Below, piece after piece: positions 53,096 to 64,000 of a stretch of DNA of 64,000 nucleotides; within the stretch, counting starts at the first letter, position 1; each line of letters starts with the position of its first letter. The notes under the pieces are model-generated. The model had not been told where the DNA came from and did not search any database. It saw only the letters and a list, made by a program, of their open reading frames with translations. The DNA comes from Nostoc sp. (GTDB lineage Bacteria; Cyanobacteriota; Cyanobacteriia; Cyanobacteriales; Nostocaceae). The DNA is taken from NCBI GenBank assembly GCA_036918135.1, contig JBALDB010000006.1:64001-128000 (forward strand), given 5' to 3'. The translations under genes and the position numbers were made by a program.

Positions 53096-53223
53096 TATAG
53101 GAAGTAAATTAAAGGTTAGAACATCTTGAAAGCGTGAATGTTAGAAATAGTAATGTTTTACCTCCTGCCTCCAACAAGAACTGCCTTGTCTTCGACACGC
53201 TACGCGAACTGCCTCCTGCTATA
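53096..53223. mobile_element. TATAG...GCTATA element with nested short repeat
   Basis: Matches the 35402-35595 elements; carries an extra TTCGACACGCTACGCGAAC. Confidence 0.65.
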
Positions 53224-53855
53224 CTAGAAAATAACAGTTGATTATATTCAAAAGCATGTATTAAAATCTTTAAATCTTATCATAAATAAAAAGAGAATTT
53301 TCTCATAGTACGAATAATTAAAAATTAAAAATAAATATTAATTTCATCTATCTTTAATTTTCTAAGTTTTAACTTTTTCATACGTTTTTATCAAATTTCT
53401 CCAAAGTTCTGTTCGCCCTTGGCGTTAGTGTACTCAGTGAAGCAAGGTAGCAAGACCGTCTGATAGAGAAGTCAGACGCTGTGCGAATATAGATTTGGCT
53501 TAGCTACGCTATCATCGAAAACAGGCACTGGTGACTTCTATGTAAATTTATAGGGATTATCTTTTTACTTTTTACTTTTTAATATTCTCCTTACTTAAAA
53601 GATGCTTGAAAAGTCCTTAGTGATGTATCAAACACATTCATAACCTACCTAAATTATCCTTAAATAAGGCGGACTTTGAGAATGTTATTTCCTCCTTATT
53701 TAGGGGAGATTAGGGAAATATTGATATAACCTGAGACTCTACAAATATTCTCTAGTAAAAGCAAATAAAAAATTTTAAAAAATATTAAGCAGTTACTCTA
53801 GATGCATTTTTGGGAACTCTATAACTGTAGTTATAAAATTGTGTATTTAAAATCT

Positions 53856-54398
53856 ATGACAAATTCCCTTAACCGTTCAACCAGTACGCTTAATCTTTCT
53901 TTAGAACGGGATATATTTTTACGTACATTAATCAGAGAACTATCTGGTACTTTGCAGGATGTAGTTGGTATAGAAGAAGCCTCTGGTTTTATTAGTGTAG
54001 TTGGAGAAAGAATGGGTAGGCAGATTAACCAAGATTACAAATCTGCCCTGGAAGTCTCAAATCTTTCTCGTAAGCAGGTAGCAGATGTTTTAGTTGATTT
54101 AAAAAGACGAATTCAAGGCAATTTTTATATTATCGAGCAGGATGATGAAAAAATTGTTTTTGGCAACAGCGTTTGCCCATTTGGCGAAAAAGTGCTTAAT
54201 CGCCCTGCGATGTGCATGATGACTTCAAATGTTTTTGGAACGATCGCAGCTAATAATCTAGGGTATGCGAAAGTAGAATTGCAAGATACCATAGCAAACG
54301 GTGCTTCTGGATGCAGAGTTATTGTTTACTTAAAACTTACTCAAGAGGCAGAAGATGCAGAAGGTCGAGAATACTATAGGGGACTAGAATCTGGGTAA
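53856..54398 (+). CDS. Methanogen output domain 1 (MetOD1, V4R-like) protein
   Basis: [15 protein letters not shown] and [11 protein letters not shown]ys pattern. Start chosen at MTNSLN. Confidence 0.75.
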   Translation: MTNSLNRSTSTLNLSLERDIFLRTLIRELSGTLQDVVGIEEASGFISVVGERMGRQINQDYKSALEVSNLSRKQVADVLVDLKRRIQGNFYIIEQDDEKIVFGNSVCPFGEKVLNRPAMCMMTSNVFGTIAANNLGYAKVELQDTIANGASGCRVIVYLKLTQEAEDAEGREYYRGLESG

Positions 54399-54481
54399 AC
54401 TCTTCAACACTAAAGGAACTCCAAAATACTAGCCCTGATGCAGATTACTAAAGTATAGTCTAACCGGAAATTGTCAGCCCC

Positions 54482-55846
54482 ATGACTCCTGAACAATTTA
54501 TTGAATTTGCCAGAGTTTTACCAGAACCTTTACTCCTGGTGAATGGTGAAGGTCAGGTGTTAGCTACCAATCAACCAGTAGCAGATATGCTGAGATTACG
54601 CCGTCAGGAACTGCGAGGAAAAACGCTCTTTGAGCTGGTAACTGAGTCTGCCAACGATATTATAAAGTACCTGCAAGCTTGTTCTACTAGCAGAGCAATG
54701 ACTTTAGGTTCTTTAACTTTACGTACAAATGATGGGCATACATTAATATGCCGCACTCAAGGAGCAGTTATTCAACCTTGGTCTCCTGAATCTTCAGCTT
54801 TAATTCTTCTACGCTTGGAAAATAGAACTGTAGCCAGTAATAATTTCGTCCTTTTAAATGAGAAAATCGATGAGTTAGCAAAAGAAGTTCAAAAACGCAA
54901 ACAGGCGGAATTAGAACTCCAGAAAGCGAATGAAGAATTAGAAATTCGGGTTGAGGAACGTACAACTGCTTTACAAGAAACACTAAACGAACTACAACTT
55001 ACTCAAACTCAGCTTATCCAAGCTGAAAAAATGTCTAGTTTAGGTCAGATGGTCGCTGGTATTGCTCATGAAGTTAATAACCCTGTTAGTTTTATTTATG
55101 GTAACCTTCATCACGCCCATAAATACACTCAAGATTTACTGAGATTGTTGGAAATTTATCAACAAATTTTTCCAAATCCTCCTCTAGAACTTGAAAAAGA
55201 AATAGAAGAAATAGACTTGGATTTTTTGATTCAAGACATAACTAAACTCTTCGATTCAATGACGGTAGGAGTACACCGCATTCAAGAAATTGTTAAATCA
55301 TTGCGAAATTTTTCCAGACTAGATGAAGCCGAACTTAAGCAAGTAAATATTCATGAGGGAATTGATAGTACTTTAATGATTTTGGAGCATCGTCTGCAAG
55401 CTAAACATGAGTGCCCAGAAATCAAAGTCATTAAAAAATATGGGCAACTGCCCAATGTAACTTGCTACCCAGGCCAACTCAATCAAGTGTTTATGAATAT
55501 TTTGGCAAATGCCATCGATGCACTGGAAAAGTCGGCACTCAGTGGTCGGTGGTCAACAGACAATTCAAAAACAACTAATAATCCCCAAATTCAAATTACA
55601 ACTGAAGTAATCGATGAAAACTGGATAATGGTTACTATTACTGATAATGGTTTGGGAATTAACCAAGAAGTTCGCTCAAAGCTATTCGACCCATTTTTCA
55701 CTACTAAACCCGTGGGCAAAGGTACTGGGCTAGGTCTATCTATAAGCTATCAGATTATAGTGGAGAAACATGGGGGACAACTTAGCTGTTTTTCTAGTCC
55801 AGGAAATGGTGCAGAATTTGTAATTAAGATACCTGTTAACTCGTAG
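54482..55846 (+). CDS. PAS-domain histidine kinase
   Basis: N-terminal PAS ([18 protein letters not shown]), AHEVNNP, GTGLGLS. Confidence 0.9.
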   Translation: MTPEQFIEFARVLPEPLLLVNGEGQVLATNQPVADMLRLRRQELRGKTLFELVTESANDIIKYLQACSTSRAMTLGSLTLRTNDGHTLICRTQGAVIQPWSPESSALILLRLENRTVASNNFVLLNEKIDELAKEVQKRKQAELELQKANEELEIRVEERTTALQETLNELQLTQTQLIQAEKMSSLGQMVAGIAHEVNNPVSFIYGNLHHAHKYTQDLLRLLEIYQQIFPNPPLELEKEIEEIDLDFLIQDITKLFDSMTVGVHRIQEIVKSLRNFSRLDEAELKQVNIHEGIDSTLMILEHRLQAKHECPEIKVIKKYGQLPNVTCYPGQLNQVFMNILANAIDALEKSALSGRWSTDNSKTTNNPQIQITTEVIDENWIMVTITDNGLGINQEVRSKLFDPFFTTKPVGKGTGLGLSISYQIIVEKHGGQLSCFSSPGNGAEFVIKIPVNS

Positions 55847-55998
55847 GATTTAGGATTGGGAATAGTGGTTTGCTAAAAAACTTTGGGTGGTTAAAAATTA
55901 TCCGTGTCTGTGTAAGAGCGTCTTTGTATTAGTTTCAACCTGGCAATTCTTAGTTGAGTAATTACGTTGCTGAATCTCGGTTTAGTGAATTTAACTTT

Positions 55999-56038
55999 AA
56001 AAACGCCTGCTTGCTAATTAGCAAACAGGCGCTTCTTT
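55999..56038. terminator. Bidirectional terminator
   Basis: CGCCTG-C-TTGCTA-AT-TAGCAA-A-CAGGCG hairpin between convergent genes. Confidence 0.75.
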
Positions 56039-56070
56039 AATAGCACAAAGTTCTATTGAGATTCAGAAGA

Positions 56071-57675
56071 TTAAATCTTAGCATTAGAATCAACTGAAGG
56101 TTGAGACTGACTCACTGAATCTAACTTTGGCAAAAGTGGTAGATTTTGTGCTTGTACACCGCTATTGATTGTTGCTTGCAAAATAGCAGTATGGGAGATG
56201 GAATGGTTAGCCAATGTAAATAGTGGATTTGACAAAATCCCGGCGATGGAAGTGGCGATTAAAGTGACCAGTAAGCCGACTTGCAAAGGTCTAAATCCAG
56301 GCAAATTCCAACGTACTGGGGGATAGTTCTGCACTGCTTCAGACATTTCATGGGGTTCCTTGACTACCATCATCTTGACTACGCGAATGTAGTAGTAGAT
56401 GGAGACAACACTGGTAACTAAGCCCAGCAAGACTAGCCCATAAAGACCTGCTTGCCAACCAGCCCAAAACAAGTAAATTTTGCCAAAAAACCCAGCTAAT
56501 GGGGGAATACCACCCAAGGAAAGCAGGGAGATACTCAACCCCAGTGTTAGGAGTGGATCTTTTTGATATAGTCCTGAGTATTCGGCAATCTGGTCGGTTC
56601 CTGTCCGCAAGGAGAAAAGAATAATGCAGGTAAAGCCGCACAGATTCATGAACAGGTAGACCAGCAGGTAAAATATCATACTAGCGTATCCTGCCTGTGT
56701 ACCAGCAATTAAGCCAATCATCACAAACCCAGCTTGGGCAATGGATGAATAAGCTAGCATCCGTTTCATGCTAGTTTGGGCTAGGGCAACTACGTTACCC
56801 AAGATCATACTGAGAACAGCCAGAGCAGTGAAAACAAACTTCCACTCGTCAGCAACAAGGGGGAAGGCTGTTGTCAGCAAGCGGATAGCTAGAGCAAAGC
56901 CAGCTGCTTTGGAACCTACAGATAAAAAGGCGATTACCGGGGTGGGAGCGCCTTCATAAACGTCTGGTGTCCACTGGTGGAAGGGTGCGGCGGAGATTTT
57001 AAAGCCAATACCTGCGATCGCAAAAACTAGCGCAATTACTAAACCTAAAGATTGACCAACATTAGCTGTGGCAATACCATCGGCGATCGCATTTAGTTGT
57101 GTTTGTCCACCTGATAATCCATACAGCAATGATACACCGTACAAAAATACTGCTGTACTCGAAGCTCCAATTAACAGGTATTTCAGCGCCGCTTCGTTAG
57201 AGCGGGGGTCACGCTTAGTATAACCTGTTAACAAGTAAGAGGAGATACTCAGGGTTTCTAGGGAGATGAAAATCATCACTAACTCGCTAGCCCCGGATAA
57301 AAACATCCCTCCAAGGGTGGCAGTCAGCAAAATAGCGATGAATTCTGCTAGAGCGGTGCCACTCTGCTCGATGTAGCGAATTGACATCAATATAGTAAAA
57401 GCGGCAGACAACGCTATAATACCGCGAAAGACGATACTGAGGTTGTCACTGTTAAAGCCACCACTAAAAGACATGGGATTGAGAGCATCCCATTGAAAAT
57501 ACAGGGCGACAATCGAAGCCAGCAAACCTGCGATCGCTAGATATCCAATCGAGCGCGCGGATGTACGCCCCAAAATCAAATCAACTATCAAAACCCCCAA
57601 GAGGGTGAGAATTACAATTCCCTCTGGTAAAATTGTTCCAGCATTTAACTGGGATGCAAGATTAGCAAAATCCAT
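56071..57675 (-). CDS. ndhB: NAD(P)H-quinone oxidoreductase subunit 2 (N)
   Basis: [47 protein letters not shown]. Confidence 0.97.
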   Translation of the reverse strand: MDFANLASQLNAGTILPEGIVILTLLGVLIVDLILGRTSARSIGYLAIAGLLASIVALYFQWDALNPMSFSGGFNSDNLSIVFRGIIALSAAFTILMSIRYIEQSGTALAEFIAILLTATLGGMFLSGASELVMIFISLETLSISSYLLTGYTKRDPRSNEAALKYLLIGASSTAVFLYGVSLLYGLSGGQTQLNAIADGIATANVGQSLGLVIALVFAIAGIGFKISAAPFHQWTPDVYEGAPTPVIAFLSVGSKAAGFALAIRLLTTAFPLVADEWKFVFTALAVLSMILGNVVALAQTSMKRMLAYSSIAQAGFVMIGLIAGTQAGYASMIFYLLVYLFMNLCGFTCIILFSLRTGTDQIAEYSGLYQKDPLLTLGLSISLLSLGGIPPLAGFFGKIYLFWAGWQAGLYGLVLLGLVTSVVSIYYYIRVVKMMVVKEPHEMSEAVQNYPPVRWNLPGFRPLQVGLLVTLIATSIAGILSNPLFTLANHSISHTAILQATINSGVQAQNLPLLPKLDSVSQSQPSVDSNAKI

Positions 57676-58228
57676 GAGATGTATAGGTTTTGGCGATTAG
57701 ACATTAAGGCTAACTCTGTTCACTCTAGCAAGTTTTCAACTCGCGAACTAATTCTTTAAGCAACAATTTCACTGCTTTGGCTGATATTCGCGATCGAACT
57801 AACTTAACGGGTTTGCCAGATGCTTTCTCACCATCTAAATAATTCACCCAACACTTTGCCTATCTTGTTTTTCGGACGCGACTTTCTCGGCTCAATGCCG
57901 CTAAAAACCTACTGCCATATTATAATTTGATCGCAGAAGGCTGAACCACTGACTACTTTTGACTGAGAAATATCAGCCGATGCTTCCATCAATGGAGCTA
58001 AGCGTAGTATCTCTGACAGCAAAAATGGGAACGCACAAAAGTAGAAACGCTCCCATTTTACCTATAAAAATTTTTACATAGTCAAGCACGACACCGTAAT
58101 CAAGTAGGCGATCGCTACTACATCTTTCGATTATCAAACATTAGTCTATAGTGGCATAATATCACTAATTACACAGACTACTAAGGCGCTTATACTAATG
58201 TTTGGATGCAGACACCTTAAAACTTAGG

Positions 58229-58474
58229 TTACATCTTACCGTGTTGCATCACTTCTTGTAGATGGTGGCGAAGCTCTTTAGCTTGCTCAAGATCGGATTG
58301 CCGCAATTTTTGAAATAACTGTACACAAGGCTGGGAACCTGCTTGCTCTGCATCTTTTATGTAAGTTTCGTAAGCTTTAATTGCTTCAGCCTTGTTGTGT
58401 AACACGGTGAGAAAATCATACTCCAAGTTGCTAATTGGTTCTTGAGACTGTCCGTTACTTGTATTTTCAACCAT
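58229..58474 (-). CDS. Small hypothetical two-helix (ferritin-half-like) protein
   Basis: 81 aa; NLEYD..TVLHNK...YETYIKDA; GAGG RBS upstream. Confidence 0.7.
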   Translation of the reverse strand: MVENTSNGQSQEPISNLEYDFLTVLHNKAEAIKAYETYIKDAEQAGSQPCVQLFQKLRQSDLEQAKELRHHLQEVMQHGKM

Positions 58475-58757
58475 TGTTTGACCCTCTTGTAGGATTGTTA
58501 ATTAACTTATACTCACGTTAAAACAGCAATTCATCTTCCAAAAAGGGTATAGTTCAATACGTCGGAAGTACCTTGCAAAAGTCGGTTATATAGCTAATGA
58601 CTAGTCGGCTGTTTGATTAATTTTTTGTTAAATGTCTTAACTGTCTTATTGAATTAAATTTAAAGTTGCTGAATGCGTCAGCAAAATTCTTACTCAATTT
58701 ATTATGTTTAGTGCTGGCGATCGCCCGTAATTAATTATTTATTCTCTTATCATAATT

Positions 58758-59300
58758 ATGAATTTCTGTTTATTTATTATTGATATTCAAAATGGTTTTA
58801 TAGCTGAAAATACAAGTTACATTGTACAAAGAATCAAGTATTTGTTAGAGCAAAATTTCTTTAAATATGTAGTATTCACTAAATTTATCAATACCCTTAA
58901 TAGCCCTTATGTAAAATATTTAAATTGGCATCAACTTTTGGATGAAACAGAGCAAGAACTTGTAGAAGGTATTAAACCATTTGTAAAAGTAATTTTTGAT
59001 AAAACTGTATATACTGCTTGCAATGAAGAAACTCTAATATTTCTTAAACAAAGAAATATTCAAACAGTGTTTATTTGTGGAGTTGATACAGAAGGTTGTG
59101 TATTGAAAACTGCTATTGACTTTTTTGAAAACAATATTATTCCTTATGTTCTAACGTATTACTCAGCATCAAATGGAGGTGATATTTACCATCAAGCAGC
59201 AATTTTAGTTTTAAGTCAACTAATTGGAATCAGCAATATTATAACTGAACCTATAGATAGAGATAAATTAAATAAATACTTAGAAAAATTTCCACTTTGA
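58758..59300 (+). CDS. Isochorismatase-family cysteine hydrolase
   Basis: IIDIQNGF, DKTVY and GVDTEGCV (Asp-Lys-Cys triad). Confidence 0.88.
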   Translation: MNFCLFIIDIQNGFIAENTSYIVQRIKYLLEQNFFKYVVFTKFINTLNSPYVKYLNWHQLLDETEQELVEGIKPFVKVIFDKTVYTACNEETLIFLKQRNIQTVFICGVDTEGCVLKTAIDFFENNIIPYVLTYYSASNGGDIYHQAAILVLSQLIGISNIITEPIDRDKLNKYLEKFPL

Positions 59301-59440
59301 ATAATCCGATTAACCCTAGAGATTCTCAATCCTAGCCTCAAGGAAAGGAGCTGGGGTATTAAAAAGTAAAAAGGCATTATTGCTACTTTTGCCTTTTATC
59401 TTTTAATTTCTTACTCCCCTACTCCTTTGTTGATAAAAGC

Positions 59441-59989
59441 TTATCCAAGAGGTTGATTTTCCTCACATTGACGTGAATACTGTAATTCCAGATCCCTTTG
59501 TCCTTCCCTACCTCCTTTATAAGCAATAGGACATAATTTAGTGTTAGCACTTATACAATCCATATGTGGTGTTTTAGCACAGACTACTAGTAAGCAACCT
59601 AAAATAAACAATAAGCCACAAATCGCAGCTGTCTGAAAGGGAGAAATTTCTAGCGCTCCATGAACTACTACCTCTCGCAGAACAGAAACAATTGTTACCT
59701 CAACTGCAACTCCCACAGAAATACTATGTTCTTGTAAGTAGACCATTAATAGTCTAAATAACTCGACTAAAATCAACACAAATAGTATTTTTGCAGTCAC
59801 ATGTTTATAGTCTAGTGGCTGCGTGAGGGCAATAACTATCCCCCATAATTGGATCAGCATCACGGCGAACAAACCCAAACACAAGACAATCACAATTAAG
59901 TCTTGGAAAGCTTCCATGTTGCGAACAATTGAGTGGCGATCTAGCCAGCGATCGCAAAATAAAAATCGACTCTTTAGGCGCTTTTGCAT
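59441..59989 (-). CDS. PsiE-family membrane protein
   Basis: ILFVLILVELFRLL...VEVTIVSVLREVV; four TM segments. Confidence 0.8.
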   Translation of the reverse strand: MQKRLKSRFLFCDRWLDRHSIVRNMEAFQDLIVIVLCLGLFAVMLIQLWGIVIALTQPLDYKHVTAKILFVLILVELFRLLMVYLQEHSISVGVAVEVTIVSVLREVVVHGALEISPFQTAAICGLLFILGCLLVVCAKTPHMDCISANTKLCPIAYKGGREGQRDLELQYSRQCEENQPLG

Positions 59990-60178
59990 GTACGTTTCAT
60001 TCCAATCGGGACAACTTCAGACAACACCAGCGAGTCAACCCAATAATTTTATGTTACGCAATATTAAGCTTTTCTGCCTCAGAGAGTCTAATAATTTATC
60101 AGTTATCAGTGAACTTGGACATTGATAATTAGCTTTAGACAAATGCCAAATGACTAATGACTAATGACTAATAACTAT

Positions 60179-61105
60179 TTATCGATTTAAATTTTGTGCT
60201 TGTTGCAACAATTGCGTGGCATTTTTTGCCCATTGAGAATTTCCCTGAGCAGTGTATAAATCTCTGGCAAATTGCAATACTTGTACTGCATCGCTATATT
60301 TTTGTAACTGCATAAAAACTAACCCAGCGCCGTAATAAGCGTTGGGATAGTTTGAGTTAGCTTCGGCTGATTTTCTAAAAGCTTCTAACGCTTCTTGTAA
60401 TTGGCGTTGATTAAACAAAATTGAACCAATATTATAGTAAGCTTCTGGATATTTAGGATTAATTTTTACTGCTTGATTAAAAGCATCTCTAGCTCGACTG
60501 ATTTTGCCTTGTTGCAGATAACACATTCCAATATGGTAAGGAGGTTCGGGTGCATTTTTGCTATATTCTATGGCTTTTTTAAAAGATGCGATCGCCCGGT
60601 CGCAATCTCGTTGCTGTTCTCGTAGCAACCCTAAGTTATAGTGGGCAAATCCTAGTTTGGGATCGAGTTCTAACGCACGTTGCAAGTAATCGTTAGCTAA
60701 CTCTAAATTATTGCCTTCTAATAAGGTACCGCCTAGATTAGCAAAAGCTGGAGCAAACTTCGGATCGGCTTGTGTGGCTCGATAAAATGCATCCGCAGAG
60801 GGTTGTAATTGTCCTGCTTGTCGTAATGCTAGCCCTAAATTATAGTGGGCTGCTGCTAATGTCGGATCTAATTGACTTGCTTGTTTAAAGGCAGCGATCG
60901 CATCTTGTACTCTTCCGGTCTGAATTGCCTGTAACCCTTGATTTAACTTGTCTATAGCAGTTTGGGTATTAGATTGTGCCAGTAAAAGGGGAGGTGAGGG
61001 GAAGCGGGGACGCAAAGATGAGGAAGATGAGGGTGAGAAGAAGCTACCCACTAATATTAAACTTATTAAAGTTGCTATGGGATATTTATATAGTGATAAT
61101 CTCAT
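60179..61105 (-). CDS. Exported TPR-repeat protein
   Basis: Signal-like N-terminus and about 7 repeats of A.YNLG...A...P. Confidence 0.9.
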   Translation of the reverse strand: MRLSLYKYPIATLISLILVGSFFSPSSSSSLRPRFPSPPLLLAQSNTQTAIDKLNQGLQAIQTGRVQDAIAAFKQASQLDPTLAAAHYNLGLALRQAGQLQPSADAFYRATQADPKFAPAFANLGGTLLEGNNLELANDYLQRALELDPKLGFAHYNLGLLREQQRDCDRAIASFKKAIEYSKNAPEPPYHIGMCYLQQGKISRARDAFNQAVKINPKYPEAYYNIGSILFNQRQLQEALEAFRKSAEANSNYPNAYYGAGLVFMQLQKYSDAVQVLQFARDLYTAQGNSQWAKNATQLLQQAQNLNR

Positions 61106-61386
61106 AGATTTTCTAAATCGCGACAATTTTCAGTCAGTTTACCTAACAAAAAGTTTGGTCAATGCTGAAGTTTTTTACAAAACTTGTTGATTGAGTATTA
61201 AACTTTGTGATGCTTAACTTTTCTTAAGCTAAATCTTACGACAGGCTACAATTTTTTGAACTTGAGATTAAAGGTAGGATAATAACAAATTAAAGAAGGG
61301 GTAATTTTGACTCCAGAGAACCATTTTTTATCCCTGATATACATAGCGTAATGCGGTTGTGAATGAATTACCGCAAGGGAGGTTTT

Positions 61387-63435
61387 ATGAACGAAAAAGT
61401 AAAATCAGGTTCGCGGAACGTTGCAATTGTCGGTCCTTATTTAAGTGGAAAAACCACTTTACTAGAAAGTTTGTTATTTGTCACAGGGGCAATTTCTCGC
61501 AAAGGAAGTATTAAAGACAGCAATACAGTAGGAGATAGTGCTGCTGAGTCGCGCGATCGCCACATGAGTGTAGAAGTCAGCGCTGCTAGCACTGAGTATA
61601 ACGGTACTCGTTTCACTTTTGTTGATTGTCCGGGAAGCGTAGAATTTGCCCAAGAAACTTACAATGCTTTAATCGGAGTTGATGCCGCAATTGTAGTTTG
61701 CGAACCGATACGCGATCGCGTCCTCACCCTTGCTCCTCTATTTAAATTCTTGGACGATTGGGAAATTCCCCACATCGTTTTCGTCAACAAAATGGATCGA
61801 GCAAATATTCATGTCCTCGAAACATTACACGCCCTGAAAGCAGTTTCCAGCCGTCCTTTAGTAGCGCATCAATATCCCATCATGCAAGGGGAACAACTCA
61901 CCGGCTTTATTGATATGGTGAGCGAACAAGCATATCAATATCATCCCGGCGCACCTGCTGACCCCATCCCCTTCCCCGAAAGCTTAAAACAAGAAGAACA
62001 TACAGCACGGGCAGAAATGCTCGAAGCCCTAGCAAATTTTGACGACCACTTACTCGAAGAACTTTTAGAAGACATTGAGCCACCCCAAGAGGAAATCCTT
62101 CTCGATTTAAAAATGGAATTAGGGGCAGATTTAGTAGTCCCTGTTTTCTTTGGTGTCGCAGAACAAGATTATGGAGTTAGACCTTTAATAGAAGCCTTAT
62201 TACGGGAAGCGCCCGAACCAGAAACCACAGCAGAACGGCGCTTAAAAAACATCAAAGGCAATACACCTATAGCCCAGGTACTCAAAACTTATTACACTCC
62301 CCAAGGTGGCAAACTCTCCCTCGTGCGGGTTTGGCGGGGCAAATTAACTGATGGTCTTGTCCTCAATGGCGTTCGCACTGGTGGAATTTACCACCTGATG
62401 GGACAACAACAGCAATCAGTTAATGAAGTTGCTGCTGGTGAAATTGTTGCCTTGAGTCGTTTAGAAGGAATCAAAACAGGGGATACAATCTCCACAGAAC
62501 AGTCCTCAGCGATGCAATTACCCAAAGCTGAACAGTTAGAACCTGTGTATGCCCTGGCTATTACACCAGAAAAGCGCAACGATGAAGTTAAGCTTAGCGG
62601 TGCCATTACTAAGCTATTAGAAGAAGATTGTTCGCTTGCTTGGGAACAACACGGCGACACCCACGAAGTTATCCTCTGGGGTCAAGGCGAAATTCATCTG
62701 CAAGTTGCCTTAGATAGACTGCGCCGCAAATATAACTTGCCAATGACAACGCACTTACCGCAAGTGCCTTACAAAGAAACCATCCGCAAAACGGTGGCTT
62801 CCGTTCACGGACGATACAAACACCAAAGCGGTGGTCACGGTCAATTTGGTGATGTTTTTCTGGAAATCAAGCCCTTACCACGCGGTGAAGGATTTAACTT
62901 TAATGAAACCATCGTTGGTGGTGTGGTTCCTAGACAGTACATCCCTGGCGTAGAAATGGGCGTGCGGGAATTTCTGGCACACGGGCCTCTGGGCTTCCCT
63001 GTGGTGGATGTAGCGGTAACTTTGACTAACGGTTCTTACCACACCGTTGATAGTTCCGAACAAGCCTTTAAGCAAGCCGCCCGATTAGCAATGCAAACGG
63101 GAATACCCCAAGCCCAACCCACCTTATTAGAACCAATTCTGCACATACAAGTGACAACACCGAGCGAATTTACCTCCAAGGTGTTGCAACTGCTGAGTGG
63201 TAGACGCGGGCAAATTTTAGGCTACGAGGGGAGAAATGATTGGCAAAGCTGGGATAACGTAGTTGCATACTTGCCACAAGCAGAGATGCAAAACTTTATT
63301 GTAGAGTTGCGATCGCTCACTTTAGGCGTTGGTTCCTTCCACTGGGAATACGACCATTTGCAGGAAGTACCAGATAAACTTGCCGAACGCGTCTTAGCTA
63401 GCAATGGTAACGCTAGTAACGGCAATGGTAAGTAA
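61387..63435 (+). CDS. Elongation factor G paralogue (EF-G2-like)
   Basis: GPYLSGKTT, DCPG, NKMD, GEIHL, QSGGHGQFG, GSYHTVDSS; GGAGG RBS before ATG 61387; not in a str operon. Confidence 0.9.
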   Translation: MNEKVKSGSRNVAIVGPYLSGKTTLLESLLFVTGAISRKGSIKDSNTVGDSAAESRDRHMSVEVSAASTEYNGTRFTFVDCPGSVEFAQETYNALIGVDAAIVVCEPIRDRVLTLAPLFKFLDDWEIPHIVFVNKMDRANIHVLETLHALKAVSSRPLVAHQYPIMQGEQLTGFIDMVSEQAYQYHPGAPADPIPFPESLKQEEHTARAEMLEALANFDDHLLEELLEDIEPPQEEILLDLKMELGADLVVPVFFGVAEQDYGVRPLIEALLREAPEPETTAERRLKNIKGNTPIAQVLKTYYTPQGGKLSLVRVWRGKLTDGLVLNGVRTGGIYHLMGQQQQSVNEVAAGEIVALSRLEGIKTGDTISTEQSSAMQLPKAEQLEPVYALAITPEKRNDEVKLSGAITKLLEEDCSLAWEQHGDTHEVILWGQGEIHLQVALDRLRRKYNLPMTTHLPQVPYKETIRKTVASVHGRYKHQSGGHGQFGDVFLEIKPLPRGEGFNFNETIVGGVVPRQYIPGVEMGVREFLAHGPLGFPVVDVAVTLTNGSYHTVDSSEQAFKQAARLAMQTGIPQAQPTLLEPILHIQVTTPSEFTSKVLQLLSGRRGQILGYEGRNDWQSWDNVVAYLPQAEMQNFIVELRSLTLGVGSFHWEYDHLQEVPDKLAERVLASNGNASNGNGK

Positions 63436-63455
63436 TTTTAAATTTGTCTAAAATC

Positions 63456-63487
63456 AAGCCCTGCACTTTTAAATGCAGGGCTTTTTG
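63456..63487 (+). terminator. Intrinsic terminator
   Basis: AAGCCCTGCA-loop-TGCAGGGCTTTTT. Confidence 0.88.
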
Positions 63488-64000
63488 TTAGTGAATAATG
63501 ATAAATCTAGTATCTACAAGCTGCGATATTTTTCCTACCAGACCCTAAGCCCAGCGTTGCTTCCCCGAAGGGGTACGGTGAGCTTCTCTACGTACACGCT
63601 CCGTGTAGCTTGCTTCTTTGTAGGAGTATGCTAACGCAAAACTACGAAAATTTCTTGATTATTGCCTAGATGTACGGAGCTTTTTCAAAAATTAAATACT
63701 AGTCCTATATTTAAATTAGTATTGTTAGTATTTCCACTGAAATTAAATACTCCTTAAAACTTATTAAAAATTTAAATTTATTGCTCAAAAACTTGAAGAT
63801 ACTCCCTCGTTTCATTTTCATAATATTAGTTAAAAATTTCATGTTTTCATCAAAAATTTAAGGAGTTTTTAGACATTATTTTTAAATCTTATATTAGACT
63901 GGTTGTTAATTACTTAAATTATTATTAAAAATGGTGTTGCAGCCCAAAAAATCCTTACAAAAAACTACTTCCCAGTCTGTAGAACTATTACAAACAGAAG

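Noticed and set aside
63553..63640. GC-rich palindromic stretch as a tRNA or ncRNA
   Set aside because: No cloverleaf or T-loop; it resembles nested short dispersed repeats, like 53410-53540.

Overview
64-kb chromosomal window from a heterocyst-forming cyanobacterium (Nostocales, Nostoc-like). The assignment rests on psaA/psaB, ndhB, abundant HIP1 octamers (GCGATCGC), STRR-type heptamer repeats and small MITE-like elements. Core content: a Met-rich-peptide/CcdA/redoxin/cytochrome b/molybdoenzyme operon, an AtzE/AtzG-like amidase pair, a thioredoxin-NHL protein, glutaminase, psaAB, larE, an HrmK-like kinase, lipA, a large Ser/Thr-kinase-AAA-GAF-His-kinase, a sesquiterpene synthase with a P450, several two-component proteins, ndhB and an EF-G paralogue. 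The most interesting part is an accessory-looking block at about 11.1-20.3 kb. Its left arm is a tight operon: WD40-Roc GTPase-COR-Zn ribbon-TIR protein, then an unknown helical protein, then a nucleoside-deoxyribosyltransferase-like enzyme (candidate nucleotide-signalling immune system). Its divergent right arm is a putative HTH-NACHT protein, a cation/proton-antiporter-like membrane protein and a small Cys-rich peptide. Two 10-bp-phased GGCAAT-type repeat arrays in opposite orientation lie upstream of the NACHT gene and of the peptide gene. Downstream of psaB is a cluster of gene remnants (PIN-like gene, cyanase 5' end, N4-cytosine methyltransferase). No rRNA, tRNA, CRISPR array, integrase or intact transposase was recognised. 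All assignments come from motif reading, not database searches.
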